A stretch of 64,000 nt of DNA, from NCBI GenBank assembly GCA_009914755.4, contig CP068257.2, positions 42,112,001 through 42,176,000 of the forward strand, in the 5' to 3' direction. The position numbers and the translations under genes are program-made. The notes below the pieces were generated by a model that was not told the origin of the DNA, ran no database searches, and saw nothing but the letters and a program-made list of their open reading frames with translations. The stretch comes from the human T2T-CHM13v2.0 reference genome, Homo sapiens. Each line of letters begins with the position of its first letter. The first letter of the stretch is position 1. Below are positions 44,473 to 57,840 of the stretch, one piece after another.

Positions 44473-44492
44473 GCTGCAGGACCTGGCAGGAG
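44473..44492 (+). CDS. RRP1: RRP1 exon 11 (20-nt micro-exon): (K)LQDLAG(G)
   Basis: Acceptor cttactctttcag|GCTGCAGGACCTGGCAGGAG|gtgagg. Required to connect ..KVIRK to LQDLAGGIFPEDE.. in frame. Confidence 0.85.
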
Positions 44493-45077
44493 GTGAGGAT
44501 CGGCCGGGCACTGACAGTGGCACCACCTTGGAGGTGGAGCTCCATCCTCGTGGGAGTGGTTTGGTTCTAGGGGTCTCATAGCACGTGGAGTCTCTTTGCA
44601 GAGAGGCCTGGTGGTGTTTCTGAGGGACAGGGAGGCAGGGCGCAGGGTTCCACAGCTCTCGTTTTTGTGGTTTTTGCTGAGTGGTTCTCAGACTTGAGTG
44701 TCCATTGGAGTGCCCCAGAGCCTGAGAGATGGGGTGCTGGCCTCAGGGGCTCCCAAGCACTGACCGCGGTGCTGCTGCTGGTCTGTTGGGCAGCACACGT
44801 CTGTTCTTGGCAGCGCGTGGCGGATGGAACTGGCATAGGTTATCGGAAGGACGGTTTCCTAGTGGGCGTCGATGGTTAGAGACGTAGGCGTTTCCCCTGG
44901 TGTTTCCTTATGAAAAGTTTCAGACCTGCAACTCAGTTGGAAGGATTTTATAGTGGATGTCTGCGTGTCCCTGCCGGCCTCCAGCATCAGCACTTCCTGT
45001 CCTTGCGTGAAGCTCCTCTATCCCAGCATCACACCCCTGCATCCGCCAGCGGGCGCGTCATCAGCTGTAGTCCAGGG

Positions 45078-45300
45078 TTTGGTTTTTTTATTTTTTATTT
45101 TTTGAGGCGGTGTCTCGCTCTGTTGCCCAGGATGGCGTGCAGTGGTGTGATGCAGCTCACTGCAGCCTCGATCTCCTGGTCTCAAGCGATCCTCCCGCCT
45201 CAGCCTCCCAGTCGCTGGGACCACAGGCGCACGCCACCACGCCGGCTAATTGTTGTATTTTTTGTAGAGACAGGGTTTCGCTGTGTTGCCCGGCTGGTCG
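45078..45300 (-). mobile_element. Alu SINE (antisense, 3'-truncated) in RRP1 intron 11
   Basis: ttttttattttttattttttgaggcggtgtctcgctctgttgcccaggatggcgtgcagtggtgtgatgcagctcactgcagcctcgatctcc..gtagagacagggtttcgctgtgttgcccggctgg. Confidence 0.85.
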
Positions 45301-45884
45301 TCTGGGGTTTTCGGGACAGCGCGCGTCAGTGAGGTGCGTGAGGATCGTGTGCATCTGGCAGGTTTTGATGCAGAAAGTTGCCTTGGGCCGCCAGCATGAG
45401 CATTGTAGGCTGTAGACTTTGGTGTACAGGTTGAGCGTCTCTAATCTGAAACCCCAAATCCAAAATGCCACCAAGTCCAAAGCTGAGTGCTGACAGGAAG
45501 CTCCAGGGAAATGCTCGTCGCAGTGTTTTCTGTTTGGGGTTTTCAGGTGAGGGCTGTTGAACTGGTGAATATGATGCAGACGTTCCAAAACAACCTGACA
45601 TTCAAAGCACTGCTGGTCCCAGGCATTTGGGGTCGTGGACGCTCTATGCTGTACCTGTGTCCTGGATGCTCCAGGAACTGGCTTTTCCAGATGGGCTTGG
45701 GTCTCAGCTGGTTCGTTTCAGCTGTGGCGGGTACTGAACACGCTGCTCCTGGGCATTAGAACAGGGCGCTTTCTCACACACATTGTCAGGAGGTGGTGCT
45801 GGCTGGGGCCTGCTGGAAGCAGCGAGCCTCAAACCATAAGTCCCCAGCCCCCGAGAGCCCCCTGACTTCTGCCCTGGTTCTCAG

Positions 45885-45998
45885 GCATTTTCCCTGAAGA
45901 TGAGATCCCAGAGAAGGCCTGCAGGCGCCTGCTTGAAGGGAGGCGGCAGAAGAAGACGAAGAAGCAGAAGCGTCTGCTCAGGTTGCAGCAGGAGAGAG
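45885..45998 (+). CDS. RRP1: RRP1 exon 12: (G)IFPEDEIPEKACRRLLEGRRQKKTKKQKRLLRLQQER(G)
   Basis: Acceptor ccctggttctcag|GCATTTTCC, donor GAGAGAG|gtaggact; 114 nt; Lys/Arg-rich (nuclear/nucleolar targeting-like). Confidence 0.9.
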
Positions 45999-47122
45999 GT
46001 AGGACTAGGGGGTGTGTTAGTCATGGAGCCGGCGTCCTCACCTGCTTGCTTCTCCCCTGGATGGGGGTCACCTGCAGTGTCTCCCCCTGAAGCATGAGTG
46101 CCGAGTCCCCCATCCTGGGTGCCTGCTATCCACGCATCCCGGAAATGCCCTGTCCTCGGCATCCCTCCTGTAGGCCTCTCCCTGCCTCCCCCACCCACCT
46201 TCCTTGTCTGCAGCTCCCCCGAGCTGTGTGCGCTGCCCTCCCTCCCGGTCTGGAGACATCCTCCTGGCTGGGCTGCCTCCTTCCGTGCCTCCGTCTTAGA
46301 TCCAAGCCCCGTCCGCTCCTCTCCCGCACCCTCCAGAGATTCCTGAGTCTCTCCACGTCTTCCTTCCCCTTCTTCCCTCCACTTCTTCCCTCCACTTCTG
46401 TCCTTGATTTCTGGGGCTGCCTTCCGTGTTGGGCCTCTGGCCACACGAGTGTGGTTGGCATGTGATGCCCTCACCAGGGGCAACCCTGGGTCCGCGGCAG
46501 ACCACTCAGGGCCTGGAGCTGCCTACCTGCAGTGGAGGGGGTTGAGCACAGTGCCGGGCAGGGCAGGGGGCCCATGGCAAGAATGGGGTGCAGAGGAGGC
46601 ACATGGTGGCTTTGCCCCACACTGGGAAGCCTTCCCTGTTACTCTCTCCATGCTAAACTGGCCCCAGGGCCTAGGGATTCACCCCTTCCCTTGCCCAGAG
46701 CTCCGTGCCATTGAAGCCGTCCATCTCATTTCCCATGAGGCAGTGGCCTCCTCTTTGTAGCCGGCCCTTGGCTGTGTGAACCCTGTCGGCCCTGGCGTTC
46801 AGGACCTGGCACTGCCTGGCGTCCTGTTCTTCCACCTCCCCTTCTGCCTTGAGCCCAGTCCTGCCTACTCCTCTGTGCCTTTGCTCCTGGGTCTCATGAC
46901 CCTGTCCTCACGCTGGTCCTTCTGAGGTCAGCCCTTGCTGAGGTCCTGAGCCGTGTGGATGGAGCTTGGCGCCCACACTGGACACGGGATGCGTCTGGCT
47001 GGCTGTTGTGGCCGTGTTGTCCTCCCAGGTCTGTGGTGCTGGCATCCTCAGCCTGAGTTGGAGTAAGTGGAAAGAGCCCGTGTTGGCATTCTCTGGCTCA
47101 TGGGGTCTTGCTGTTTTGTCAG

Positions 47123-47385
47123 GGAAAGGTGAGAAGGAGCCCCCGAGCCCGGGCATGGAGAGGAAGAGGAGCAGGAGGAGGGGTGTAGGGGCCGACCCCG
47201 AGGCGCGGGCAGAGGCTGGTGAGCAGCCAGGCACAGCTGAGCGGGCCCTGCTCCGAGATCAGCCCAGGGGCCGTGGCCAGAGAGGGGCTCGCCAGAGAAG
47301 GAGGACACCTCGGCCCCTGACCAGTGCCCGAGCAAAGGCGGCCAATGTCCAGGAGCCGGAGAAGAAGAAGAAACGCAGGGAGTGA
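47123..47385 (+). CDS. RRP1: RRP1 exon 13 coding part: (G)KGEKEPPSPGMERKRSRRRGVGADPEARAEAGEQPGTAERALLRDQPRGRGQRGARQRRRTPRPLTSARAKAANVQEPEKKKKRRE, stop TGA 47383-47385
   Basis: Acceptor ctgttttgtcag|GGAAAGG. Total CDS 1383 nt = 461 codons over 13 exons, matching the 461-aa length I recall for human RRP1. Confidence 0.9.
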
Positions 47386-47712
47386 TGTGGCCGGGCCAAG
47401 GACAGGCAGGGAGGGAGGCCAGGCCTCGCTTGCACCGCGGGACGAGGCTGACCGGGCTGTTCTGTAGACTCAGGACCGTGGCTCCAGAACTCCTGTGCCA
47501 GGCGGGAGGGAAGGGCGGCACTGGAGAGATGGGCCCATCATTAGGGGCCAGCATCCCAGGAACTGGACCTTTCCCCAGAGCCTCCGCCTGTGGCTGTGAT
47601 GACCTTGGGCCAGAAGGTCAAACTCCGAAGACTGAAACTCTGCCTGCAGCAGGACTGGCCGCCCCTGCTGTGGGGGGTTCAGAAAATAAAATGCCGCGCA
47701 GCCCTTGCCAGG
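47386..47712 (+). other. RRP1: RRP1 3' UTR up to the first canonical poly(A) signal; a longer UTR is possible
   Basis: Sequence between stop 47383-47385 and AATAAA 47686-47691. Confidence 0.5.
47686..47691 (+). terminator. RRP1: AATAAA polyadenylation signal (candidate RRP1 poly(A) signal)
   Basis: gttcagaaAATAAAatgccgcgc, about 300 nt after the stop codon. Confidence 0.5.
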
Positions 47713-48605
47713 GAAGTGTCGCTTCAGGTGTGTCCTACGGACGTGTGGGAGGTGGCAGGCGCCAGCCTCCGAGCAGTGTGGTGGTTTATATTCATGTTTG
47801 TGGAAAAATCTTGCAAGACATTTCTCCTTTCACAGAACTGCCCAGGTGTTAACAGGGCTGTCTGGACGGGGCTCTTTTGCTTCCCCCTCAATCTGGGGTC
47901 TAGAGTTGTGCAAGGAATTCAGCTCCAGTAAGGCCTGGATTGCCCGGGGTGAGCGTGTGTGTGGTGGGAAGACCTGGCTTCCGCGAGAGCCTTGTTCCTG
48001 GAGGCAGGAGCGCCCCGCCATCCTGGGTACCCGCGGGTCCGCAGGCTGCGCACCTCTTTCCCTCAGCCAGGTCACCCTCAGCGTCCTCCCTGCCCCTCTC
48101 CCCTTCACACCTGCTGGAGCCTGTGAGGGAGGTGGCGGGTCCCCACTGTGGCGACGGAGAGCTGACAGTAGCCCAGGGCTTTCCACCTGCATGGAACAAG
48201 GGCCTGTCTGCCGCCAGCGCTGTGGCCACAGCCTGCATAGGTGACAAGGGGCCGCTGCGTTGGGTTTTGCCCGCATCTTCTGTTCCATGGGTGCCCAGCC
48301 AGCCAGGCCGTGTGGGATCCAGCGAGAGGCCAGGGCTTGGAGTGGGCCTGGGACCAGGAAGGACCTCTAGGCTGTGGCTGGCCTTGTGCAGACCCTGGAC
48401 TGCATCCGGTTCCCCAAAGCCCTGCTGCATTCGAGTGTCCCCCAACCCCGGGCAGGTGGCACCTGGTGACACCTCCTTCAGTCCCACTCAGCTGGGCGGC
48501 CGGGGCAGGCTTAGGGCACAGTTAGGGGCCAAGGAGAGGGAAGGCCAGGGCCCCTGTTCTAGGGGTTAGGGTTCTTTCCCCAAAGGAACTTAAAAAGACA
48601 AGCGT

Positions 48606-48996
<391 letters not shown>

Positions 48997-50430
48997 TTAC
49001 CCCCAGCAGGGCCTGTTGGGACGAGCCCCTGCAGTTGGAGGCCTTTGGAAGGGAACGGGGTGCATTATAACGCTTTCTTGTTTTTGAAGTTTCTTTGGTC
49101 AAAAGCTAAGGAAACAACCATGCTAACAGAAGTTTCTGGAAAAAAGCAAATTAGAGATGCCGAATTGCAGTTGTGAAACTGGAAGCCACAGTGACTTTGC
49201 ATCTTCTTTCACATGTGTGTTCACAGGGAGGGGTTTTTCATGGCTGCGCCGGCACTGTCACGCTCTGGCTGTTTCCAGGCCCTGCTGGGTGCACGTTTCC
49301 CCATATTCAGAATTGTTTTAAATAACCGCATTGTGCTTATGACATGAATGACTGAATTCCTCTCCTATTGGTAGCCTCTTTTACTTTTTTATTTTTTTAT
49401 TTTTGAGACTGAGTTTTGAGTTGAGTTTTTTTTGAGACCGAGTTGTTTTATTTCCGCACATGAATGGTAGTTCCAGCTACTCAGGAGGCCAAGGTGGGAG
49501 AAGCGCCTGAGCCCAGGAGAGAACCATCGAGAGGTAATTCACATGGAGTACAGTTCGCCCAACTGAAGTGTGTAATTCGAGTTTTCAGCATATTCAAAGT
49601 TGTACAGCCATCACCACAGTCAACTTTAGACCATTTTCAGCCCAAAAGAAACTGGGCCATCGCCCCTCTGTCTCCCCGCCACCTGCACGCATCCTCCCGG
49701 CCTCAGGTTCCGGGCCGTGTCTGTTCTGGCCATGTGTTACGGGATCACGCAGCACCGTGGTTCCAGGGCTCATCCACACTGGAGTCTTTCCTTCATATGG
49801 CTGAGTGACATCCCACGGTACAGACAGTGCATTGCATCTGCCCGTTTGTCCACTGATGGACGTTTGGGGTGTTTCCGCCTTTGGCCGTCTTGAGTCACGC
49901 TGCTGTGTAAGGATGAGTTTGCAGGGGATGGATGCTTTCATTCCTCTGGGGCAGATGCCTAGGAGTGTCATGGCTGGGTTTTGGGCTCACCATGTCTAGT
50001 CGGTTGAAGAACTACTTTCCAGACTTTTCTACAGTGGCTGCATGCGTTGAGTTGAGCCTCGGGGATGGGCCCCTGTCTGGGTGTTCTGCTATGGCCAGGC
50101 TGATGGGATCCCAGGAGGTGACTCTTCTCAGGACACTTGGCCCAGCCACTCTGACTTTGTGACCAGGACGGGAAGCACCTGTGGTTCCACTCGCCTGCCT
50201 GTGGAGTGGGAGTAACAGCACAGGGCTGGGATGAGGATGATGTTGCTTTTTCCTGGAAAAACAATCTCTCAACCTTACAGAAACATTGCAGACACACAGC
50301 ATTTCTCCCCCGAGCCTTTTGAGAGCATTTCCTGACTTGGTGCCCCAGCACCCTGGATACTTTGTGGCCCATTTCCTCCTACAGAGACATTCCCTTAACC
50401 ACAGCACAGTGGTCACAGAGGGAGCTAGAG

Positions 50431-50545
50431 CCAGGTGTGGTGGCATGTGTGTAGTCCCAGCTACCCTGGAGGCCAAGGCGGGAGGATCGCTTGGGCCCAT
50501 GAATTTGAGTGAGCCTGGGCAACATCAAGACCCCGTCTCAAACCA
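50431..50545 (+). mobile_element. Alu right-monomer fragment (sense)
   Basis: gccaggtgtggtggcatgtgtgtagtcccagctaccctggaggccaaggcgggaggatcgcttgggcccatgaatttgagtgagcctgggcaacatcaagaccccgtctcaaacc. Confidence 0.8.
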
Positions 50546-50935
50546 GGAAAAATCAGGGAATTAGCGTGGATACCTCACTGTGTCCAACCCTCGAACCCTC
50601 AGTCCTTGGTTGTCTCAGTGAAGTCGTTTGCAGCCCTAGGGCCCTGTTCAGATTCTCTCATTTCTCTGAAGATCTCTAGCTCCTGTGAGGGGAGGGTGGT
50701 GTTTAGAAGCCGATCTGGCTGGGCCCTTGCTATTCCGATCTCATTGTTCACAGGTGTTCTCAGCTGGCAGAGCTGGGGCAGTGTGTGCACAGCGCATGCC
50801 TGTTCTCTACCTGTCCCGCCAGCCACCCTCCATCTGTCTAGATTAAGGTCTTCAGAAAAAACAGAACCAATGAATGGGTTTTGTGTCTGTCCACTCCAGC
50901 TGCGAGAACAAAATAGTAGGGACTGGGCAGCTTAG

Positions 50936-51352
<417 letters not shown>

Positions 51353-53937
51353 TCCTGACCTCCCTTACAAGGATGTCAGGAAGGTTGGACTGGGGCCCAG
51401 CCCTGTGATCTCATTTAACCCTGGTCACCTCCTTAGAGGCCCCATCTCCAGTCACACGGGGAGTTAGGGCTTCAACATGTGCTTGTCAGGGGATACAGTC
51501 CTGTCCATAGCAGGCGTGTGTGTGTGGTGGTGGCGGAGGGGAGAGTGCCCTGTTTGTTGTGAGGAGTCGGCTCACAGGACTGGGGCTGGCAGTTGGGAGT
51601 TCTGCAGGGCAGGCGGCCGGCTGGAGACCCCGGAACGTCCTCAGGGGCGGGGACCCCGGTCTTTTAAGTCCTTGACCAGGCAGACTGGATGAGGCCCCCT
51701 CTGCAGAGGCCCACCTGCTTTCCTTAGTCCACCGATTCAAATCAGCCTCATCCTGGAAACACCCTCAGGAACATCGGGGCGCTCCACCCGAAGCTGGGTG
51801 CCGGGGTCTGCTGCAGCGTTGGCCGCTCACTGTCTTATCGGCTGCCTATGCCTGCCCCACTCGTGTTAGGAGTTGACCTCTGGGAGAGGCGGTGCCTCCA
51901 GCTGTGATGGACACCCAGGGTGTATTCTAGGGTTTCCCTTCTGTGTTTGAACCTCCCTTTGCCGAAGGAACTCTGGCTTACATTACCCCCGATACTCACT
52001 TCATGCAGAACCGAGGCCGGGAGTGGGTGCTGCGCCCCTTCCCGCGTGGGTGCCCTCCTCACCTTCGGCTCTGCCACCCCCGCGGGAACCCTCCTGCCTG
52101 GTCACCTGCTTTCACACCCAGCTGCGCCACCTCCTGCAGGGCCCCCGGTTCCTGTGGGGCTCTGACACCAGGACACCCGCTCTTCACCCAGCCTGGGCCG
52201 CCGTGGCCCCCCGCCCCTACGGTGCAGCTCTGCCCTTGTTGGCCCTGTCTGAGGCTCCCGAGGGAGCTTGAGGGAGCTCAGGGGTGCCTGGTGAGCGGGG
52301 GTCTCCTGGATGCTCCTCTTCCAAGCTCAGAGGCTGACCTGGCAAGTGGCAGCACCCCACCTCCCCATTTGAAGCCCACAAGGAGGAAGAAAAGAAACTT
52401 CTTGACTCACCCATCACGGAGACCCACGGCCATCCCGAGAGGTGTGGCCACGTGAGCAACAACGCTCCACGCTGGGTGTGGGCGAGGGTCTTCCAGGGAC
52501 CCTAAGCCTTCTTAAAGAACAACTTGGAGATGTACTTCATGCAGCGTTCAGTTCCCCGTTGCGGGTGCACAGTCGGGCGGCCGTGCACTGCAGCACAGCT
52601 CATTGTAGAGCATCTCAGCGCCCCAGAGAGCAAGTCCCGACGCAGGGCCCCCTTTACCTGGAGGTGACTCCGGGGAGGGGCCTGTGGACTCGCAGGGTGG
52701 TGAGGCGAGTGTGTGCATGTACAGCTTCCTCCCGCAGCCAAACGGTCTAGAACAAACATGCTGTGTCCTCGCTGACTTCAGAGCTTCAGTAGCAACCCAC
52801 GCCACAGCTTCACAGTTGACAGTTGTCACAGGCTCTGCTCGGAGGTGACGTTCTGGGGACTGAGCAGCAGCTCTGGAGTTACAGACTTAGAGGGGCCGTC
52901 TCCGGGCCCCCCTGCTTTTTCCTCCTCGCCTCGGTACCAGTAGATGGAGACGCCAGTTGCAGTCCTGCCAGCCCACAGTGGCTCACGTTCCAAAGGCTCT
53001 TCCCTGCAGGCTCTCAGCCAGCCTGGGTCACTAGAGGTGCCCATTTTCCTGCCTGGCATGGCTGAGCAGAGCCAAGAAACAGCCTTGAACCCCAAGACCT
53101 CTCCCTCAGCCAGAATGTTCTCTGCGTGAGCTTCTCATGCTCAAATATGACCGTGACCTGTAACATCTCCCGGTAGGCCTTGCGGGAAGTAGAGGCATTG
53201 CACGGGCGAGGGAGGTAAGCAGGGAGCAGCCCCCGGCGAGGGTAGGCCCTGCAGCTGCGGCAGGGGTGAGGGGAGGGGCTGAGAGGTGGACGGCAAGTCA
53301 GGCAGCGCCCTGGGTGTTGTGGGGCGGTTCACGCAGGGGTGTGACCTGGCCAGGCAATTTTGGACCCACTTCCTGGCCGTGGGATCGAGGGTGGGTTTGG
53401 GGACAGTTCTGCCAGCAGCCCCGGGGTTGGAACATGTCTCACAGAACTTCCACTGTTGCATATACTGCCTTATAAAGATAGACCGGTAATGGGGACTGTC
53501 CCCCCTCATTAGCCCGGAAGTTCCCCCAGAGGGCACAAGACCCCACGCGGTGATGTTGAGGCCTGGACGGTGGTGGTGGATGAAGAAGAGGCCTGGTTTG
53601 CAGTGTGTGTGGTGCTGTGGCCTACCAGGAAGAGGGCCCAGGAGTGGGCATGCATGTGCCCAGCCCCCAGCCCACGTGGTAGGGAGCCGGCCCCACAGCC
53701 ATAGCCTGGAGTCTGAAAGGGAACATCTCCATCTCTGATGGGGACCTTTTCCCCAAATGGACTCTTCTACCGTGAAGAGAACGGCAATGGCCAGCGCCGC
53801 GGTGAGCTGCTCGGAGATTATCCCCACAAGCATCACTTACCTCTACACAGGGCTGGTTTTACTTCCTGAACCGGATTCGCCGGAAGGAGCTGCAGGAGAC
53901 TGCCTCGGAGTCTTCCCGCAGGGACCATCTCCCCAGC

Positions 53938-54325
53938 GTGCGGCCTCTCCCCTGTGTAGCCTCTCCCCCATGTGACCTCTCCCCCTGCGGCCTCTCCCCC
54001 TTGTGACCTCTCCCCTGCGTGTCCTCCCCCATGTGACCTCTCCCCTGCGTGGCCTCTCCCCCGCGTGGCCTCTGCCCCATGTGACCTCTCCCCCCTGCGG
54101 CCTCTCCCCATTGTGACCTCTCCCCTGCATGGCCTCTCCCTTGTGTGGCCTCTCCCCCATGTGACCTCTCCCCTGCGTGGCCTCCCCCATGTGACCTCTC
54201 CCCTGCGTGGCCTCTCCCCCGCGTGGCCTCTGCCCCATGTGACCTCTCACCCCGCAGCCTCTCCCCCTTGTAACCTCTCCCCTGCATGGCCTCTCCCCCG
54301 CGTGGCTTCTCCCCCGTGTGGCATC
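53938..54325. repeat. C-rich minisatellite of ~24 units of ~16 bp (CCTCTCCCC[C]ATGTGA alternating with CCTCTCCCCTGCGTGG)
   Basis: ..cctctcccccatgtgacctctccccctgcggcctctcccccttgtgacctctcccctgcgtgtcctcccccatgtgacctctcccctgcgtggcctctcccccgcgtgg.. Source of the GERPQGGEATQGRGH-type periodic artefact ORFs on the minus strand and the CDLSPA-type ORFs on the plus strand. Confidence 0.9.
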
Positions 54326-57300
54326 ACCCGTGGGTTCTCATTGCATGGAGCCCTGGCCCCTTACTGTGGGTGAGGAGTAGGGGGAGGATTGGCCGTTGGG
54401 TTCTGGGTTCCGCAGTCCACCGAGGGCAGTCTGGCCCTCTCTGTGCCTCCCCCAGGGATGTTGCCGGCCCTTTGTCCCCTTCTGTCACGTCCCCTGTCAC
54501 CTGCCCTCTAGGACCTGCATGGCTGCAGTCCCACCAGCTGCCTCTGGGGGGTGCCCATGGCCCTGGAATGGGCTTGGGGGAGAACGCGCCGCCCCGGGGC
54601 CTCCAACCCTTTGCTCCAGGCCACTTGCTCCACCCTCTCTTGCTGCCCCGTGTGACCCAGGATCTGTTTGGGCGAGTGCCTCGTTCTCTCCCTGAGTGGA
54701 GCTTCTGCAGGTGCTTCACGAAGGCTGGCACCCACCTCTACCTGTGTACCACGGCCTGGGATGGACCCTGCAGCTGTGGCCCTCCTGGCACTATCCCTAC
54801 CCTGTGCCCTGGTGGGTGTGCAGTGGGAACAGGCACCCTGGGGTCCTTGGAGGCTCAGCCTCCTCAGCCCTCACCCCCGAGACCCCATCGTGGCGCCTGT
54901 GTCCACTCAGGGATTATCCCAAGCCTGGCCAGAGGTCGGGAGGGGACAGAGGGAGCCACATAGGAGCCTCTACCAGCCCCTTTCTTACCACGGGGTGGGG
55001 GCGCTTCCCTCCCACAGGGTCTCAGGCTTGTGGGCTCCCCCCAGCTGCCCAGGCCCCAGAGGGCACTTCTGACCCTTCTCTTTGGGGTCTGCCCTGGGGG
55101 GCTCCAGGCCACTTGCTCCACCCCATCCCTCTTCTGGAGCCTCCCAGCACCTCAGTTCCGACTGTGGGGAAAACAGAACCCTAGGAAGCAACCTCACGGC
55201 TGTGGGCAGGGGAGGGCGGCCGGGAGCCCCAGCTGCCCCACAGGGACATTGAGTGAAGGCAGAGCCTGGGAGGGAAGTCAGATCCGTGCATGGGTCCCTT
55301 CCTGTTGGTGTTGGCGTCCCTGAGTGAGCAGCCATCCGCCGCCCCCTGGAAAGAGACCTGGAGAAGCAGCTTCAAGCTTTGGAGCCCAGCCCAGCTGCTA
55401 GCAGCCCCTGGGTCACAGTGCGAAGGGGGAAGGCAGGGGCTTGAGGAAGAAAGTGAGAGGATTGTGCCTGGGGGCCCCTGGAGGGCCAGTCTGGAGGCGC
55501 GTTGGGGTGAGGCGGTGCTGGCTGTGCCCGTCTGAGATGGGCAGAGGGAAGGCGCCCAGGGCTGAGCCCAGGGTCCCCAGGCCAGTCCCTCACTGCTCTG
55601 GGGTTCAGTTTCCTCACCTGCACAAAGGGCGGGTCCCGTGCTCTCCGGAGGCCACACGGGGTCTCCCTGAGGCACTGAGTCTGGCTTGTTTCTGGAAACT
55701 GAGGCACAGGAGGACGTTGATAACCGGCCTTCCTCTGTTCTCTTTCCCAGGGGTGCAGCTCGTCCGTCCCATGGTTTCAGATTTGCCCGGTGTGTTGCAA
55801 CCACCACCTGGCACTCAGCTTGCCCGGTGCCGCCTGGCCCCGCAGCCTTTCCCAGGCCTTGCAAGGGTGGCACAGATGGGGAAACTCCATCTGCAGGGGC
55901 GTCACCCCCGAGGGATGTGTCCTCCACACTCCCTTGATGGTCACGTGGGTCCCGGGAGGGCGCGTGTGACTCTTCCCAGGATTGCAGCGTTGGGGCGTTG
56001 TGCCAGCCTGGCCCCGTGGGTGCGGAGTGCCGTGGACCCCTCGGCCCTCCTGACCTTGTTTCCCTTTGATGTAGAAGTCTGCATGGCATGAATTCCAGTG
56101 ACAATGGGCCGGGCCAGGCTCCCTGTGCCCCTGGTACCGCTGCCCAGGGCCGGTCTCTGCAGTCACCCTCCTTCCTTCCTGGTGGCTCCTCCCTCCCTCC
56201 TTTGTTCTTCTTTCTTTTCCTGCCTAAATGTTTATCGAGTCCCTCCTGCATTAAGTACCCGTGCTGTGCAACAAATTACCTTGAACTTGGTGACTTCACC
56301 ACCACTGCATGTCAGCGCCCAGCCGTAGACGAGGGTTTGGGAGGCATGGCTGGGCCTGCCCAGGGCTCCCTGGCTGAAGTGGGTGCTGAAGCTGCCAGGC
56401 ACTGGAGGCTGGGCCTCTCGCACACTCCCTGGCTGTTGGGAGGGTGCATTCTTCTTTCTTCCTTGTCTTCTAGAGGATGCACTCTTGGCTGTAGGCCTCC
56501 CGTTTCTCTCACGGGCTATTCCTGGGGTTCCCTCAGATCCTGGAGGTGCCCACAGCCCCCTTCCCCGAGGCTCCCCCCCCCACACACTTTGCTTCTTCAG
56601 TGCCAGCAGGAGAAATTCTCCCTCATCAGCTTCCTCAGAGAAGGGCTCACCTGGTCAGGTCAGGCCCCGCACTCGGGCAGGCACAGCAGGGCGCACCCCA
56701 TGACGCACCCAGAACCCGCCCCCACAGCCCCGGAGTCCTGGCCGCTGTCCCCAGCCCTACGCCCCTCTCAGAGCTTGAGCCAGGGGCAGCGCAATGGGCA
56801 GCTCCTTCCCTCTCCTGTCCCTGGAAAACTGCTCTGGGTGATTTGGCGGAGAGTGAGAGGATTCGAAAACGCTGGTACGTGGCAGGGGCTGGCAGATTCC
56901 AAAAGTGGCCCCAGACTCCCTGGACACCCAGACCATCCACCTGGTGCCACAGTACCTGATTCCCATGGCCAGGGCATTGGGGAGCCAGGCAGGGGCAGGG
57001 GAGGGGCGTTCCAGGTCCTCCCTCCTTGCCTTGACCTACATCCCAGGTGACCCAGCGAGGCCCAGGCCCCCGCCCAGTCTGCCCCGCCTCACAGTCAGGC
57101 TTCATCCTCATCCCCAGCAGCCCCTGGGCCCCCCATGTCACCCTCAGGGCACTTGAGGGCAGGGTCAGGCCAGACCAAGTGTGGGGCCTGGCCAGGAGCA
57201 GGTGGTGCCGGGGAATGAGTATAGGGCTTATGGTGCCGTGGCCTGTCTGCTGCCTGGTCTGTCCTAAGGCCAGTGGCCCTGTCCCTAGGCTGTGGGGCAC

Positions 57301-57428
57301 AGGTCCCATTCCCCGGGGGAGTGAAGGGCTCAGGCAGCAGGCAGCCCCGTCCCCTCCCCTAGGGTGTGCCTGGGTGACTCCTGGGCTGGCCGACTGGGAG
57401 CTAGCCTGAGTGTAGGTTTTGAGTCTGA

Positions 57429-57840
<412 letters not shown>

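Noticed and set aside
47048-48569. ORFs 47048..47554 (minus), 47382..47852 (plus), 47705..48244 (plus), 47940..48569 (plus) over the RRP1 last exon and 3' flank
   Set aside because: They overlap the verified RRP1 terminal exon and 3' UTR in other frames or the other strand, with GC-rich low-complexity products.
53141-53836. 231-aa minus-strand ORF with a hydrophobic N-terminal segment (VGIISEQLTAALAIAVLFTVEE)
   Set aside because: No recognisable homology, no flanking splice or promoter context I can support, and it lies in a GC-rich region where long ORFs occur by chance. Left unannotated.
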